From contig JALDZX010000100.1 of assembly GCA_022813865.1 (NCBI GenBank), positions 1-42,848 on the forward strand: a DNA stretch of 42,848 nt. Reading direction: 5' to 3'. Positions 11,009-22,534 of the stretch are shown piece by piece. How positions within the stretch are numbered: the stretch's first letter is position 1; each line of letters starts with the position of its first letter. A program made the translations under genes and the position numbers. The notes beneath the pieces are model-generated. The model did not search any database, was not told where the DNA came from, and saw only the letters and a program-made list of their open reading frames with translations. This DNA is from Xylographa opegraphella (lineage: Eukaryota).

Positions 11009-12022
11009 AATACTTCGTTTTCTACTGGCCAATGGCTGTGGTCATTTGAGCTCTGATTCCTGAAGTCTCCAAAAACATTACATTCTGGCTTAAAGATGGG
11101 TACTGTCCGCCTAAGGGAACGCGAGAACGGCGTATGTCCGTACGTCCCCCTCGTCATAATCAATCAATCTCTGGTCCCGCTCGCTCTCCAGCTAGTGCTC
11201 AGTACTCCGCAGGCCTTCGCGCCGAGATATGGTGATTGGCACTTAATGGATTACACTTAAAGGACTATGATCATCATGGGACGCTAATCTGCTGTCGATT
11301 TGAGTGTGTTAGCTTGCCTGATATCTCTAGTCATGACAACGAAAGTTGACAGACCTTAATCTTGTTACTCAACAGAGGCAAGTATCGACAATCGGTATGG
11401 CGAATGGAATATATTACTTGCACAACAAACGTACACGACAAATGACACTGAAGTGGAAACAGCCATTGTCCGGCTATGGGACGGCTCTACAAGATAGCAA
11501 ATCACAACAAAAATTGATTGAGTGAAGTAATACTCAGTTAGGTATTGCGAATAACTACAATATTGAAATAACTGCCCGTGGTATTCGAGATGAAATGCCC
11601 CATGCAAAAGACTAAAGCAGATCCGGTTAGTCGTGCCCTAGCTGTGAGTCTCCGGAATAATACGGACCGCAGAAGTGCGTCATGCTGCATGTGGCATGTT
11701 AAGAAATTTATTTTTAAGTTTCTTCACTATGTAGTTTGCGACAATAAGGTGGTGCAAACTCCCTGCTATTGTACCCCGAGTCCTATTGACATTCAAGCTA
11801 TCTACCTTCAAAGACATTCCCAATGCTATAACTGTGTGGAGTAGTCTATCTCGGGAAACGATTTTTCCAAAAACGGCGTGTACTTCGTAATGCAGCGGGA
11901 CCATAACGATCAACAGTCGAAATTGATTTTTTCTAAATACAAGCTTCTGGTACTAGAAGTCGATTGTTCTGCCATTTGGATCTATTTCTAGGTTGCTCGT
12001 ACCTGGAACATCTGTTAGTAAA

Positions 12023-14140
12023 ATGCAGGACGACCGAGAGAGTTGTCGTCGCGAAGAGGAGGAGGAGAGAGCTGAGCAGCGCGCGAAGCTCTTCCTGCCG
12101 GTTGGAGAGAAAGTTGGTGGGTTTGTAATTAATGAAGAGGACATACAAGGCTCTCAGCTCGTCGAAGAGATTGAGAGCCTATGTATGAACTGCGAAGGAA
12201 ACGTTAGTTGAAGCGTTAGCTCGTGAGAATATGGATGTTACTGATGGTATTGCCAGGGTATCACCCGTCTACTGCTCACAAAAATACCATACTTTCGTGA
12301 GATCATACTGATGTCCTTCTTCTGCGAGCACTGTCATTTTCGGAATACCGAGGTGCAGTCTGCTGGGGAAATTCAAGAGAAGGGCGCAAAGTATACTCTG
12401 AAGATGGATTCTATGCCAGACATGGAGAGACAGATGGTCAAAAGTGATTCTGCCATATTGAAAGTAGAAGAGTTGGATCTCGAAATCCCAGCCGGACGTG
12501 GGAGGCTCACAAACGTCGAAGGTATCCTTGCTGAAATTCTAAGAGACTTGGAAGATTCGCAGAAAGGGCGCAAGCGTGAATACCCTGAATTGTACGAAAA
12601 GATCGATATGGTCGTGCAGTCGCTGCTCAAATACATGATGGGCCAACGATTCCCATACACGATATCTCTCGATGATCCAGCTGGTAATTCTTGGATAGAG
12701 CCATCACCATTGGATAGCGGTGGAAAGTATACTAGAACAGAATATTCGAGATCCCCCGAGCAGAATCAGGCTCTTGGTCTCCGGGGCGGTGAATCGGAAC
12801 CCGAGGTAAAGAATGTGGACGAGAGAATGGAACGTCTCGCAATTACCGAGGACGCTCTCGCCGCAAAATCCGATGAGGCGACTCTGGAAGATGTGAATAT
12901 TGTCGATGGCCAGGTGTATGAACTTCCTTGCCGTTGCCCTGGGTGCGGCGGAGGCGCCGCGATGAACATCACGATGGTTAAAATTCCGTACTTTAAAGAA
13001 GTAATCCTCACTGCTATTGTTTGTCCGCAATGTGGATATCGGACAAGCGATGTCAAGACAGGTGGCGAATTTCCCCAAAAAGGTCAACGTATCTGGCTAG
13101 ATGTTGAAAACGCTACAGACCTTACTCGCGATATCTTGAAGTCTGAAACTTGTTGCCTCAAGATTCCAGCATGCTCAGTCGAAGTACAGCCAGGAACGAT
13201 GGGCGGCCGCTTCACGACAGTCGAGGGGCTACTAACTCAGGTTAGGGACGACTTACGGGGAGCAATATTCGATACCGATGATGTGGACAGCTTGGGTGGA
13301 GACTCGATGCCACCAGAGCAAAAATCAGCCTGGGCTTCTTTTTTTGACAAGATCAACTCCGCTATTCGTGGGGAGATGAGATACACAATCCTAATGGAAG
13401 ATCCGCTCGCCAACAGCTATGTACAGAGTTTCACTGCTCCGGAGCCCGACCCTCAAATTCGGACAGAGGAATACACTAGGAATCAGGAGGAGGACGAAGA
13501 GCTCGGACTGACAGACATGCGCACACATTTAGATGCAGAAGGCCAATATGTCAAAGAGATCCCAGGTCGCCAGGATGCCTCTCATGCTTCAGCTTTGGTT
13601 GAGCGTTTGGACGGCTCATCAAAGATATTCGAGGGGAATACGAAGGGAGTGAAGCACACCGTCCCCTCGGTCGTCGTTCCATTCGAGAACGAAGAAGAAA
13701 ATTTGCCAAAAGACGAAGACAAGAAACATGTCGACATGATATCTATTGAAGATCCAGCCCTGGATACAACCACCGATCATCAGCGACCATTGCAGCAATC
13801 TGAAAGTAAAACGATGAATGATTTAAGCGGAACTGAAGCGTTTTCGAATCCGAATCCAGTTGCCGTCGAAGACGATCAAGCTCATACTAATCGCCACGAA
13901 GTATTGTTGAGCAAAGAAGACTCCCGAACGCATTCGGCAAAGGAAGCCGAGGCACCGCTTACCCCGGTCTTAAACCCCTTTGACAACAATGGAACTCAAT
14001 TTGGACCACAGGCGGCATCCATGCAACGTGGCGACGCGAAGACACATGCTGCCACTGTATCTCATAAACAAATATTGCCAGGTACCGAAACTGAACCAGC
14101 ACATGTGGTAGCTGCGGGGGAGCCGCTCATTATCGTATGA
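12023..14140 (+). CDS. ZPR1: Zinc finger protein Zpr1 (eEF1A chaperone); intron 12203-12256
   Basis: EIESLCMNCEGN|GITRLLLTKIPYFREIILMSFFCEHC, DDPAGNSWI, second module CPGC...IPYFKEV...CPQCGYR, GGRFTTVEGLL, EDPLANSYVQ. Confidence 0.95.
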
Positions 14141-14720
14141 AGCACTTCTGATAATGATGTGGTTGAATCCTAATTTAGTAGTCTTACTATTCAATCAGGC
14201 GGGTATACATCTCTTGACCCTCGCCCACCCCTTCAGACAGGCATATAAGACAGTGGTATGACAAGACCAGGACTCATCGTCATCAAAGTGCGACTCCTAG
14301 GAGATTTTTAATGGAATTCATGATGACACGAACGGAATGGGATTATTTGCATGGGTTTGCAACACGTTCTGTTATGCACAAAATGACATAACGTTGGGGT
14401 TAACCAGAGTGACGGCTATGATCATGATACCCTGCAATAGCCAAGGCATTGCGTACCTAGAATAGTGGCTCTGTCCAAGCAGAGATCGAAGAATATATAC
14501 CTATTTATCTGGCTAGTCTCGAAATCCAATGACTGTAAACGACTCTTGACATGCTACAATCGCTGAGTTCGCAAATTCCGCCTACAGGGTAAAGTGAAGC
14601 TTTCCCTTCCAAGGAGATTCGGTTTTGGAACTTCGCGTTTGGTGCACGATATGGCATATATCGCGGATGACCTAGATCAGGAATCGTAATGCTTAGCACT
14701 GCCCTTCGTCCTCCCAGCTT

Positions 14721-15325
14721 TCAGCCAGCCAGCGGATTCGCGTGCACAGTAACGTTCTTGATCACGATCTTCTCCTTCGGTCTGTTCTTTCCATCAATCT
14801 CTACGGCCTCTATCGCCGCTAGAACCTGCTCTCCTCCTAATACTCTGCCAAAAACGGTATTCTTCCCATCTAAATGGGAGGCAGGCGCAAAGCACACGAA
14901 GAACTGGCTGCCATTGCTCATGGGGCCTTTGTTGGCCATGCTTATAATCCCACGGGCATTGTGACGCAACGACGGGCGGATCTCATCCTCAAAGGGCTCA
15001 TGCCAGATGGACGTCGAAGTCTTAGTGGAAGAAGATGGGCGAGAGCCAGTCTGGAACATGAAGGTGGGGACGAGACGGTGAATGGGGGAAGAGTCGTAGA
15101 AAGAGGAGGCGCACAGGGCCAAGAAGTTCTGGATTTGGTCAGTCGTGTTACTCGTTCATTGGGGGAATTCTAGCGCCACCATATGCCTACCTCTGCGGTT
15201 TTGGGGACGCTTTCGCAGAAGACTTCGACTTTGAGATCACCGAGATCGGTGTGCAGCTAAGGGACGCAGGTCAGCCAGTCGTGGTCGGCAAAGTTTGTGG
15301 TTTTCGGACGTACAGTGACAGACAT
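14721..15325 (-). CDS. PPIL3: Cyclophilin PPIL3/Cyp10-type peptidyl-prolyl isomerase; 2 introns, 12-nt first exon
   Basis: MSVT|LHTDLGDLKVEVFCESVPKTAE|NFLALCAS, HNARGIISMANKGP, HLDGKNTVFGRV, terminal VTVHANPLAG. Confidence 0.9.
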
Positions 15326-15809
15326 TCTGCTCAAGCAACGATACTAGCATCTGATATTTGACTCTCAAAAGCGCATCCGGAATACATTACGAAACCCATA
15401 GCATTTACGGCGCCCCTCCATGTGAAGGCAGTGAAATCGAAATAAATTGCTGACGACTTTAAGGTTTACAGGCTCGACAGGGATTCTGGCAAGGCTGACT
15501 TTGGCCCATGCAGGCGGGGCCGCTAGTGTGTTTGGCACAAGCTTGAATGAATGAGATCTCGGAACAAGCACCACACGCAACACAAAGCACGGCAACAAAA
15601 CCCCCTCCCCACTCGGTTGCATTATTAGTTGCATCTCTGTCACGGTCCCCAGATCTTCATAGAACATACCAAGCGATTCGAGTCGAATTGAAGTTACCAT
15701 GCGCCATATGATATCCCATCTCCAGTTCCAGCTTTGATGTTTCGTCCCCCAAGACTCCATCATACGTTATTATGGGCAGGCTGAGAACGCGCTATTTGAC
15801 CCGAACAAT

Positions 15810-17070
15810 ATGATGGCGTTCGTGCGCGTTGTCAGTCAGGTTCCGAATCAGCATATGCTCGTCGGCTTCCCCGGTATAAGCGCTACACTTCCCCGGTTGG
15901 AAGGCAAGGTGGAGATCCGGCCCACGTTGGGTGTTTCGGCGCCTGTGTCGATCTCCCTGGTGACCATCTATCTTCAGCGGCGCGAGACTATTCATCCTTC
16001 GGCCGATTCGGTCACAAAGAAGCACCTTGCAGCGCCCCGCAAAGAGATTGTTGACATTGTCGGCAAGGAAATGTTATTGTTCCGATGCTCGGCAGGTAAA
16101 GAGGCGGAGAACATCTACGCGATGGATCTACCGTTCGTCCTGTTTATCCCGTATGGCAGAGAAGGCGGCGAGACGACCCGCAGGATCCCTCCAGCAAGTC
16201 TGCAATTGCCTAGTCGGACGGTGGAAACACTTTATGAGCTGGTGGTCACGGTGCAACAGGGCCAAGCAGACCAGAAGAAGTATCACTTTCCAGTTCCCAT
16301 AACGCGCTACGACACACTGTCCACCTTTGGCATGTACAACCGCCCGGAATCGGCAGAACGGATATCGGACCATCTGGTCACCCTAGGCATATCTTTACCA
16401 CGATGGTCGTATGGCCCATTAGATCCGGTCAGTGTCTACATCAAACTTTCACCAAATCCCGATTGGCTGGGTAAAGCGAGAAAGGTGACGATACAAAAAA
16501 TTACGATCGGAATCGAAGAGGAGATAATATACAATCATGAGGGAGATGAGCCACAAAGAAAGTTCAAGACGTTGGCGAAGCAGACGCAAACAGTGGGCGT
16601 CAAGATGCCCGAAGCAGGCTATTTCACGAATCTGGGACTGGTGTTCCCCACTAAGGATCTGCGGGATAATGATGGCATCTTACCGCGCGGGAAGCAGGCA
16701 TTTCCGATGTACGGTGTCAGTGGCTTTACTACAACCGGAAGCTTATACAAGATAGAATATTATTTGACTGTCAAGGTTCGTGAATTGGAACCCCCATGGA
16801 AGCGTCAGAATGACTAATCGTTCCCAGGCTCATATGACATCGGCAAAAGACATTCTACTTCGACAACCCATTGTCGTATGTCCTCTCGATCACGCCGGTT
16901 GCAAAGAAGAAATGGAAGCGATTGAGCAAGCGGCCAAAGACGCCGCGCACATCAATGCCGATGATCCTATGCTTCCCGCACCCTTAATTGTGCGGACGAA
17001 CGATCACAACGCTCTACATATCCTCGGAATGACTATGGTAGGCAAAGAAAGGAAACCTCTCATCGACTAG
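15810..17070 (+). CDS. Arrestin-like protein (possibly Art1/Rgl1-like); intron 16776-16827
   Basis: 335-codon ORF spliced in frame to a second exon; GFPGISATLPRLEGKVEIR, LPFVLFIP, PPASLQLP, GFTTTGSLYKIEYYLTVK arrestin-like strands. Subfamily recalled from memory, not verified. Confidence 0.7.
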
Positions 17071-17425
17071 GATACGGCTTAAGGATCGCGGTAATGATTG
17101 AATGACGGATGGCCGGCATATGGGGTATGGGCACAGGCGTATACACGCTGACAGCATATGCATTGCTTGGCGCACCCGGCTTGATCTTCTGGAGGCGTAC
17201 AATGGGAGGACCGGCGATATTATGAGTCTGAATGGCTGATCTGTCAGGAGGTGTAGTTTTGGTCGTCCCATCTGTTTGTATGTCTAGGGATAGATCCCAG
17301 GATATCCATGAACTAGCTCATGTCTGAAGTCCCAAACGTCGTCGGACGATGTAAGCACTTCTGCAAAGACTTTTCGTGTTGATAGAATCGTGCCGCAGAA
17401 CTGAGGCGTCACCATAGCCTCTGAG

Positions 17426-17768
17426 TCATTCAGGCCTCAGCATTTTCGGTCTCAAAGCCAGATTCGAAGTCAGGATCGCGCCCCCATGTGGCGGCAACGA
17501 TGCTGCCGTTACAACGCAACTTCGCAACTGTTGAGCATCTGATTCTATGCCCGGTCCCACGCCCATGAAGGTCCGTAAGTACTCAGCAGCCATGGCGTCC
17601 GCTTGTCTGCACTGGCTACTGGCCCTGCCCCATACGTTCTGGATATTTGTCACGTTGGCCTTGATCTAAGCGCTCGCTTAATAAGACCACCTCCATTATG
17701 GCACAGCGCTGACTAGGGGGACTCACTTTGAGGTACTCCTCTGTAGAGGCACGTGAGTTGGAGGACAT
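17426..17768 (-). CDS. Possible small orphan spliced gene (93 aa) or gene remnant; intron 17666-17726
   Basis: ATG exon MSSNSRASTEEYLK ends at a GTGAGT donor; acceptor cttAG joins in frame to ORF 17426-17665; weak branch point. Confidence 0.3.
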
Positions 17769-18578
17769 TCTGAGGGTTCGGGTCCCAGATGCTGAGTCGG
17801 GCTTATATCGGTGGGTATCTTGTAATTCAGAGGCAGAGGAGCGGAGGAATCTACTTTGTGCCTGAGAAGCGATCTTAGCGCGCGGGTTAGGGCTATCCTT
17901 GAGGCTTAAAGTGACTGCATTTAAGGCGTACAATCGCAGTCGATGCACCATCTTTCACCATTTGCTGCAGACTTAGGACATATGCAATGATTTAAAATAC
18001 ATCAATATACTCTGTGCGACCGGTCAATTCACACGCACGGTGAAGCCGAAATATCGTTATTGTGATGGTCGCCGCCGCCGCCGCCGTTGTGGTATAGTTA
18101 CACTGACTCTACCGTGGAAAAGCCTTCACACAGAGACAATAATCACTGCTGGCCCCGGAGACTAAAATGTTTTGACTTATGATGTTTTAAGTACATCACC
18201 GGCTTTGGCCGTGAGAAGTATGTAGAAGTCACGAAGGCCGGTTGAAGGTTCTTGGTCACATGAAATGTAATAGCGATATGGGAAGACTCCGTGCAGGAGT
18301 GGGGATTCTCGTGCAATATGGATGGGAGAGCAGTGGAGGGGCTTAGTCGACACGAAACTCGTGGGGCTGTTGCTGCAATGAGAGAGGAGCGAAGTGAGCT
18401 CGGTCCTGTACCGCTACATTGAACGGTGGCGCGACACACCAAGGAGTCAACTTGTAGGTTTGCATAACAGAGCTTGCACGCAACAACATCGAGGGTATCT
18501 ATGGCAATCACAGACTCTATGAACCATCAGCTCCCCCTGTCCATCCAGCTCAAAAGCCAAAGCAGGTCCGAGATAAGT

Positions 18579-21290
18579 CTAGCGGAAGCTAAACGACCCA
18601 TCTTCACCTATCCTCAAGACATTGGAGAACAAGTCTCGGAACTCTGCGATTTCATCCGCCCTCCCGAGTGGGACTTCGTTCCTCGAGGGCACAAAGCACT
18701 TCCAGATAAAATCAGCTGGACCTTTGTCTGTACAAGGCACAAAGCAGTCAGTAAGCATTGTAAAACATCTCATCGCGAAACTCAAGAGGTGTAAGAAATA
18801 ATCACCTTGAAACTCCTTGATTATTGGCTCGAACAGCATGGTTTGAAGTGACTCGATACACCCCTCTGGTAGATCGTCGGCAGTGAGAATGAAACCAAGG
18901 GCAACGTAGAATCCTGTATCGACCATGGTAGCATTGGGATCGTCCCCGCACTGTTTCTTGTGGCGCTTCCCGACTTCTCTCAAAGCGCTGTCGCAAGCGG
19001 AGAACAGGCTGTAATAATTGATCCCCGCAAGCGGTAAGTCTCCTGTGAACTCCGGCTCAATCGCACGCCGGTACTTGTACATACGTGCAGAAGTCTGGTT
19101 ATTGTGTTCAAGTGCTGGGATATTCTGCTTAACAAGCTTTTTCTCGATTCGAGCCCATCCTTTCTTCGTAAGCACTGCATCGCAGAATCCCGGCCAATTA
19201 TTGGCACAAGCGTGAGTCAATGAGATTTCCATCGCCTGAGGTCGGACTTTCCAACCTGATGTGGGATATAAGATATCAAAACTGGGCCTCGTTGGTATAG
19301 CAGCAGCCTTCCGTCCCTTATGTTGAGTATTGGTCACGCGCATTAGGGAAAGAAAGGTTTCAGCATCAGGTGTGTGCTCGAGCTTCGATCCTACAAGGCG
19401 GTTGAAGCAACTGCCAAACCCACTCGTCGGACGTGGCTGGCGGAAGACCGCCATCTCAAGATCGTTACACAATCGCTCAAGTATGGGAACTTCTTGCAGC
19501 CGTCCCGTCTGTCGAGCAGCATTGTAGCTGTGTAGTAGCACAGTGATCAGGTGCTTATTGGCCGCCATCAAGCACCCTAGCATTGCGGCATCCTGGCACA
19601 TTACCCAGTCTTCAATCCCGGCTATCCACGGATTATCGAGATAGGGTTGATCTGTAAGCGCTCTGCGATGTGACATGTTCTGTACCCTGGCCTCAAACTG
19701 TGCACTCAATGTGCGCAAATGATCTGGTGCTCCGGAATAGAGAAACCGATTCCTTGTAGACTTAATTGATCGAAGTATTTCCTTGGCGAGAGCAATGTTG
19801 GCATCCCTGCCAGTGAGTGGGGGAGAAGCATATTTACGAATAGCATGCCAGGCGTACGATGTCGAGATCCCGTACAGTATTTCCAGATCAATGACCACCT
19901 CTGTCTGTGTGGTGATCTTCTTTTGAACAGAGTTCATTGGCTTAGCGGCAGTTACGGTCTCGGGTTCGCAGTTGTCACAAATCCAGGTTCGAACACTTGG
20001 AGTGCCAGGTCTGTCAGTTCCTTGTAGTCGCCATTCGCAAATAGCTGAGAGAATCTTCATGATGCCAGCGCTGTGGCAATCTTTCTTTTCGAGAATTCTC
20101 TTGGCGTTCAGAAGCTCACTTGATGCTGTTGGTGACCTGAAAAATATACCCTGAACCTGTAGGGCTACTAACGGCACAGAAAAGCCAGCCCCACTTGCGA
20201 ACATGGTGTCCGAATTGATAAGCGTGGTGGGTTCACCGATATGCTGGTAAGCCACACCAAGCTCTTCGACGGTGCTTATGTGAAGCTGTTTGAGAGTCTC
20301 TTCTAGTCTTTGCTTTGCCAAGAACACATGGTAGCTCGTGAGACATGTAGCAAGCATTGGTAACATAATACCTTGAGCAGTGTCTCTCCAGTAGCCTTGA
20401 ATTTCTGCAAGAGCAGTATCAAGATCCTGGTGACAACATCAGCTCTGCAATCTTGTATGGCATTCCTCACATAAGTGTCTTGAATGCTTTGCGGTCTATC
20501 ACCTACCATAACAGCCAGTACCAGCTTAATTTTGTCAGCCATGCCATCATCTCGTACAACAGAAGGCTTATCTATGAGTTTATTAAAGTCAGTTCTTTCT
20601 TTCCGAAGCACCTTATCCGCAAGAGTTTCTGATTTGGCTGAGGTTGCCTCCGGTTCCCCAGCATTCAGGCCATAGAGAATCGTAAATCTGTCAGGTAGCC
20701 GCACCTCAGACGGAGTTGCGATGTGTGTCTCATTTTCCAGCGCCACAGTCGTCATATCCGATACGGCATTGGAAGCGGAAAACTTCTCGAAAATACTGCG
20801 AAGCCTTTACAGGGGATCAGTAGCATTCAATTTCGAACTCGATTCAGGGAAGCCCCTGATCAACGAGCTCGCGGTAGAAAACTCACACGAGCGTAAGGTG
20901 GTCATGACTCTTATTCCTCTTCCTTTCCCTATTGCTTCCTTTCACGAAAGTCTTATACCATAATGAGATCTCAGTCCTAGCGTTAATCACAAATACTAGA
21001 GCTTCATGAACACGTTCAGGAAAATGTCTACCCATGCCAAGAGCATTTTCGGCCAAGGACAACAGATCGGATACCTTGCACTCGTGCTCCACTTCGTGTC
21101 CTGCATCAGCTTCGTGTCCCGCATCAGCTTCGTGTCCCGCATCAGCTTCGTGTCCCACATCAGCTTCGTGTTGACTGCGTCCATTTGTTACCAACCAAGT
21201 AGCCAAGAAATTCGTCTCTTGTTTCAAGGCTCTGTACACCGTATGTAGGTTAAGTGGAAGCTTGACAGTGGCCGGCTTGCTGGATTCCAT
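18579..21290 (-). CDS. DUF6604-like uncharacterised protein; 2-3 introns
   Basis: N-terminal YRALKQETNFLATWL...LLSLA...VINARTEIS...NKSHDHL pattern; GT-AG introns near 20803-20888 and 20313-20371 link three ORFs in frame; probable in-frame 78-nt intron near 18729-18806. Confidence 0.65.
21092..21170 (-). repeat. 18-bp coding minisatellite (~4.4 copies) encoding HEAD[AV]G
   Basis: cttcgtgtccYrcatcag units at 21092, 21110, 21128 and 21146, plus a partial unit. Confidence 0.95.
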
Positions 21291-22534
21291 GTTTTACCAC
21301 GGTTGTGTAGGAAGATGGTTGAGGACAGGAAGAGATGTGAGGAGCAAAAATCCGACGGGGGGTGGCATTGACTAGAGGAAATTGTGGGCTAGATCACACT
21401 TAGACACGCAAGTGACAATCAACATAGGCCGACGCAGAAAAAACATAAGACAGAGTCCGAAAACGAATCATTTATTTGGCGGAGGTCCAACTGTTCTGCT
21501 CTGTGCAACCAGATATCTGGAGAAACCATCTGTTCACGACCGAGATTGTACACGCTGCTTGACATCAGGTAACTTGTGTCCGTTTCATCATCTATTCCAT
21601 CTCGTCTTTCAGCTATCAGCACCATGGTTTCCACGACCAGATTAACACGATCACATCGACAATATGAGCACCTGTATAACGAGAGAGTCCTGGAAGATCT
21701 ACTTCGTCCACCACCCAGCCGGATCCGAGTGGAGCGTTCTTACCATTGATGGAGACTATGAGGAGTAGCTGGTGTTCCTCCCAGAGCTCACTTGGGGCTC
21801 TCGACTTCAACTTCCACCTGGAACACATCAGACGAATGATTATTCAAGTTCTGATGTGTGACAATCTTCACGGCGAGATCATAGAGGTACGCATGTAGTC
21901 TTGATGTCGGCCAAAACCGGGACTGGGATGTAGATGCGCTAACCGGATTAGAAACGAGAGTCCGAAATGCTCCGTAGGTGCAGTCTCTATCATCACGATG
22001 CAGATGCCAAGTGTTTGGATGAACGGGCTGGGGTAACAAACACCGAGTGCAAAAGATTTCAAGATATTGAGCTGTCCTGCAAAGCCGGAATATCAGTCAC
22101 CCCTTGACAAAACCAGCTGGAGCCAGACAACGACTCTTCCCTGCTCGAAAGGCAAAAGGGCAAAACATACAACAGCTGGGATTCGCTGGTGGTCACCCGC
22201 CCAACTACTAGCCAGCCGATCTCAAGGTTATGTATGCCAGAGCGGACGGGATAGCCAGTTCTCTTGAGTCTATGGTCGTATGTGATGGAGCTCGGTTGGA
22301 AAGAAAATCATGATCCAACAACTGGGGAAGTTGAAACATGGTGACATGGGATCATGTGGTCATGGGTTCTGGTTGTGGCAATCCAATATATGCTACCAGC
22401 TGCAGAATCTTATGCTGGGATGATCAAAATCATACATATCTCGCCAGGTTGTCTAACACCTGCATTGATCTATCTGTCTATCGATGAGAGTGAGGGAAGT
22501 GGCCAATCTCATGCCAAACCTGCCCCGATCCCGT

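Noticed and set aside
14320..14326. ATGATGA box C-like motif downstream of ZPR1
   Set aside because: No CTGA box D within snoRNA distance
18071..18085. (GCC)5 microsatellite
   Set aside because: Short ordinary simple repeat
21092..21170. Regular repeat that could be mistaken for a CRISPR array
   Set aside because: Head-to-tail units without spacers, in frame inside a eukaryotic CDS
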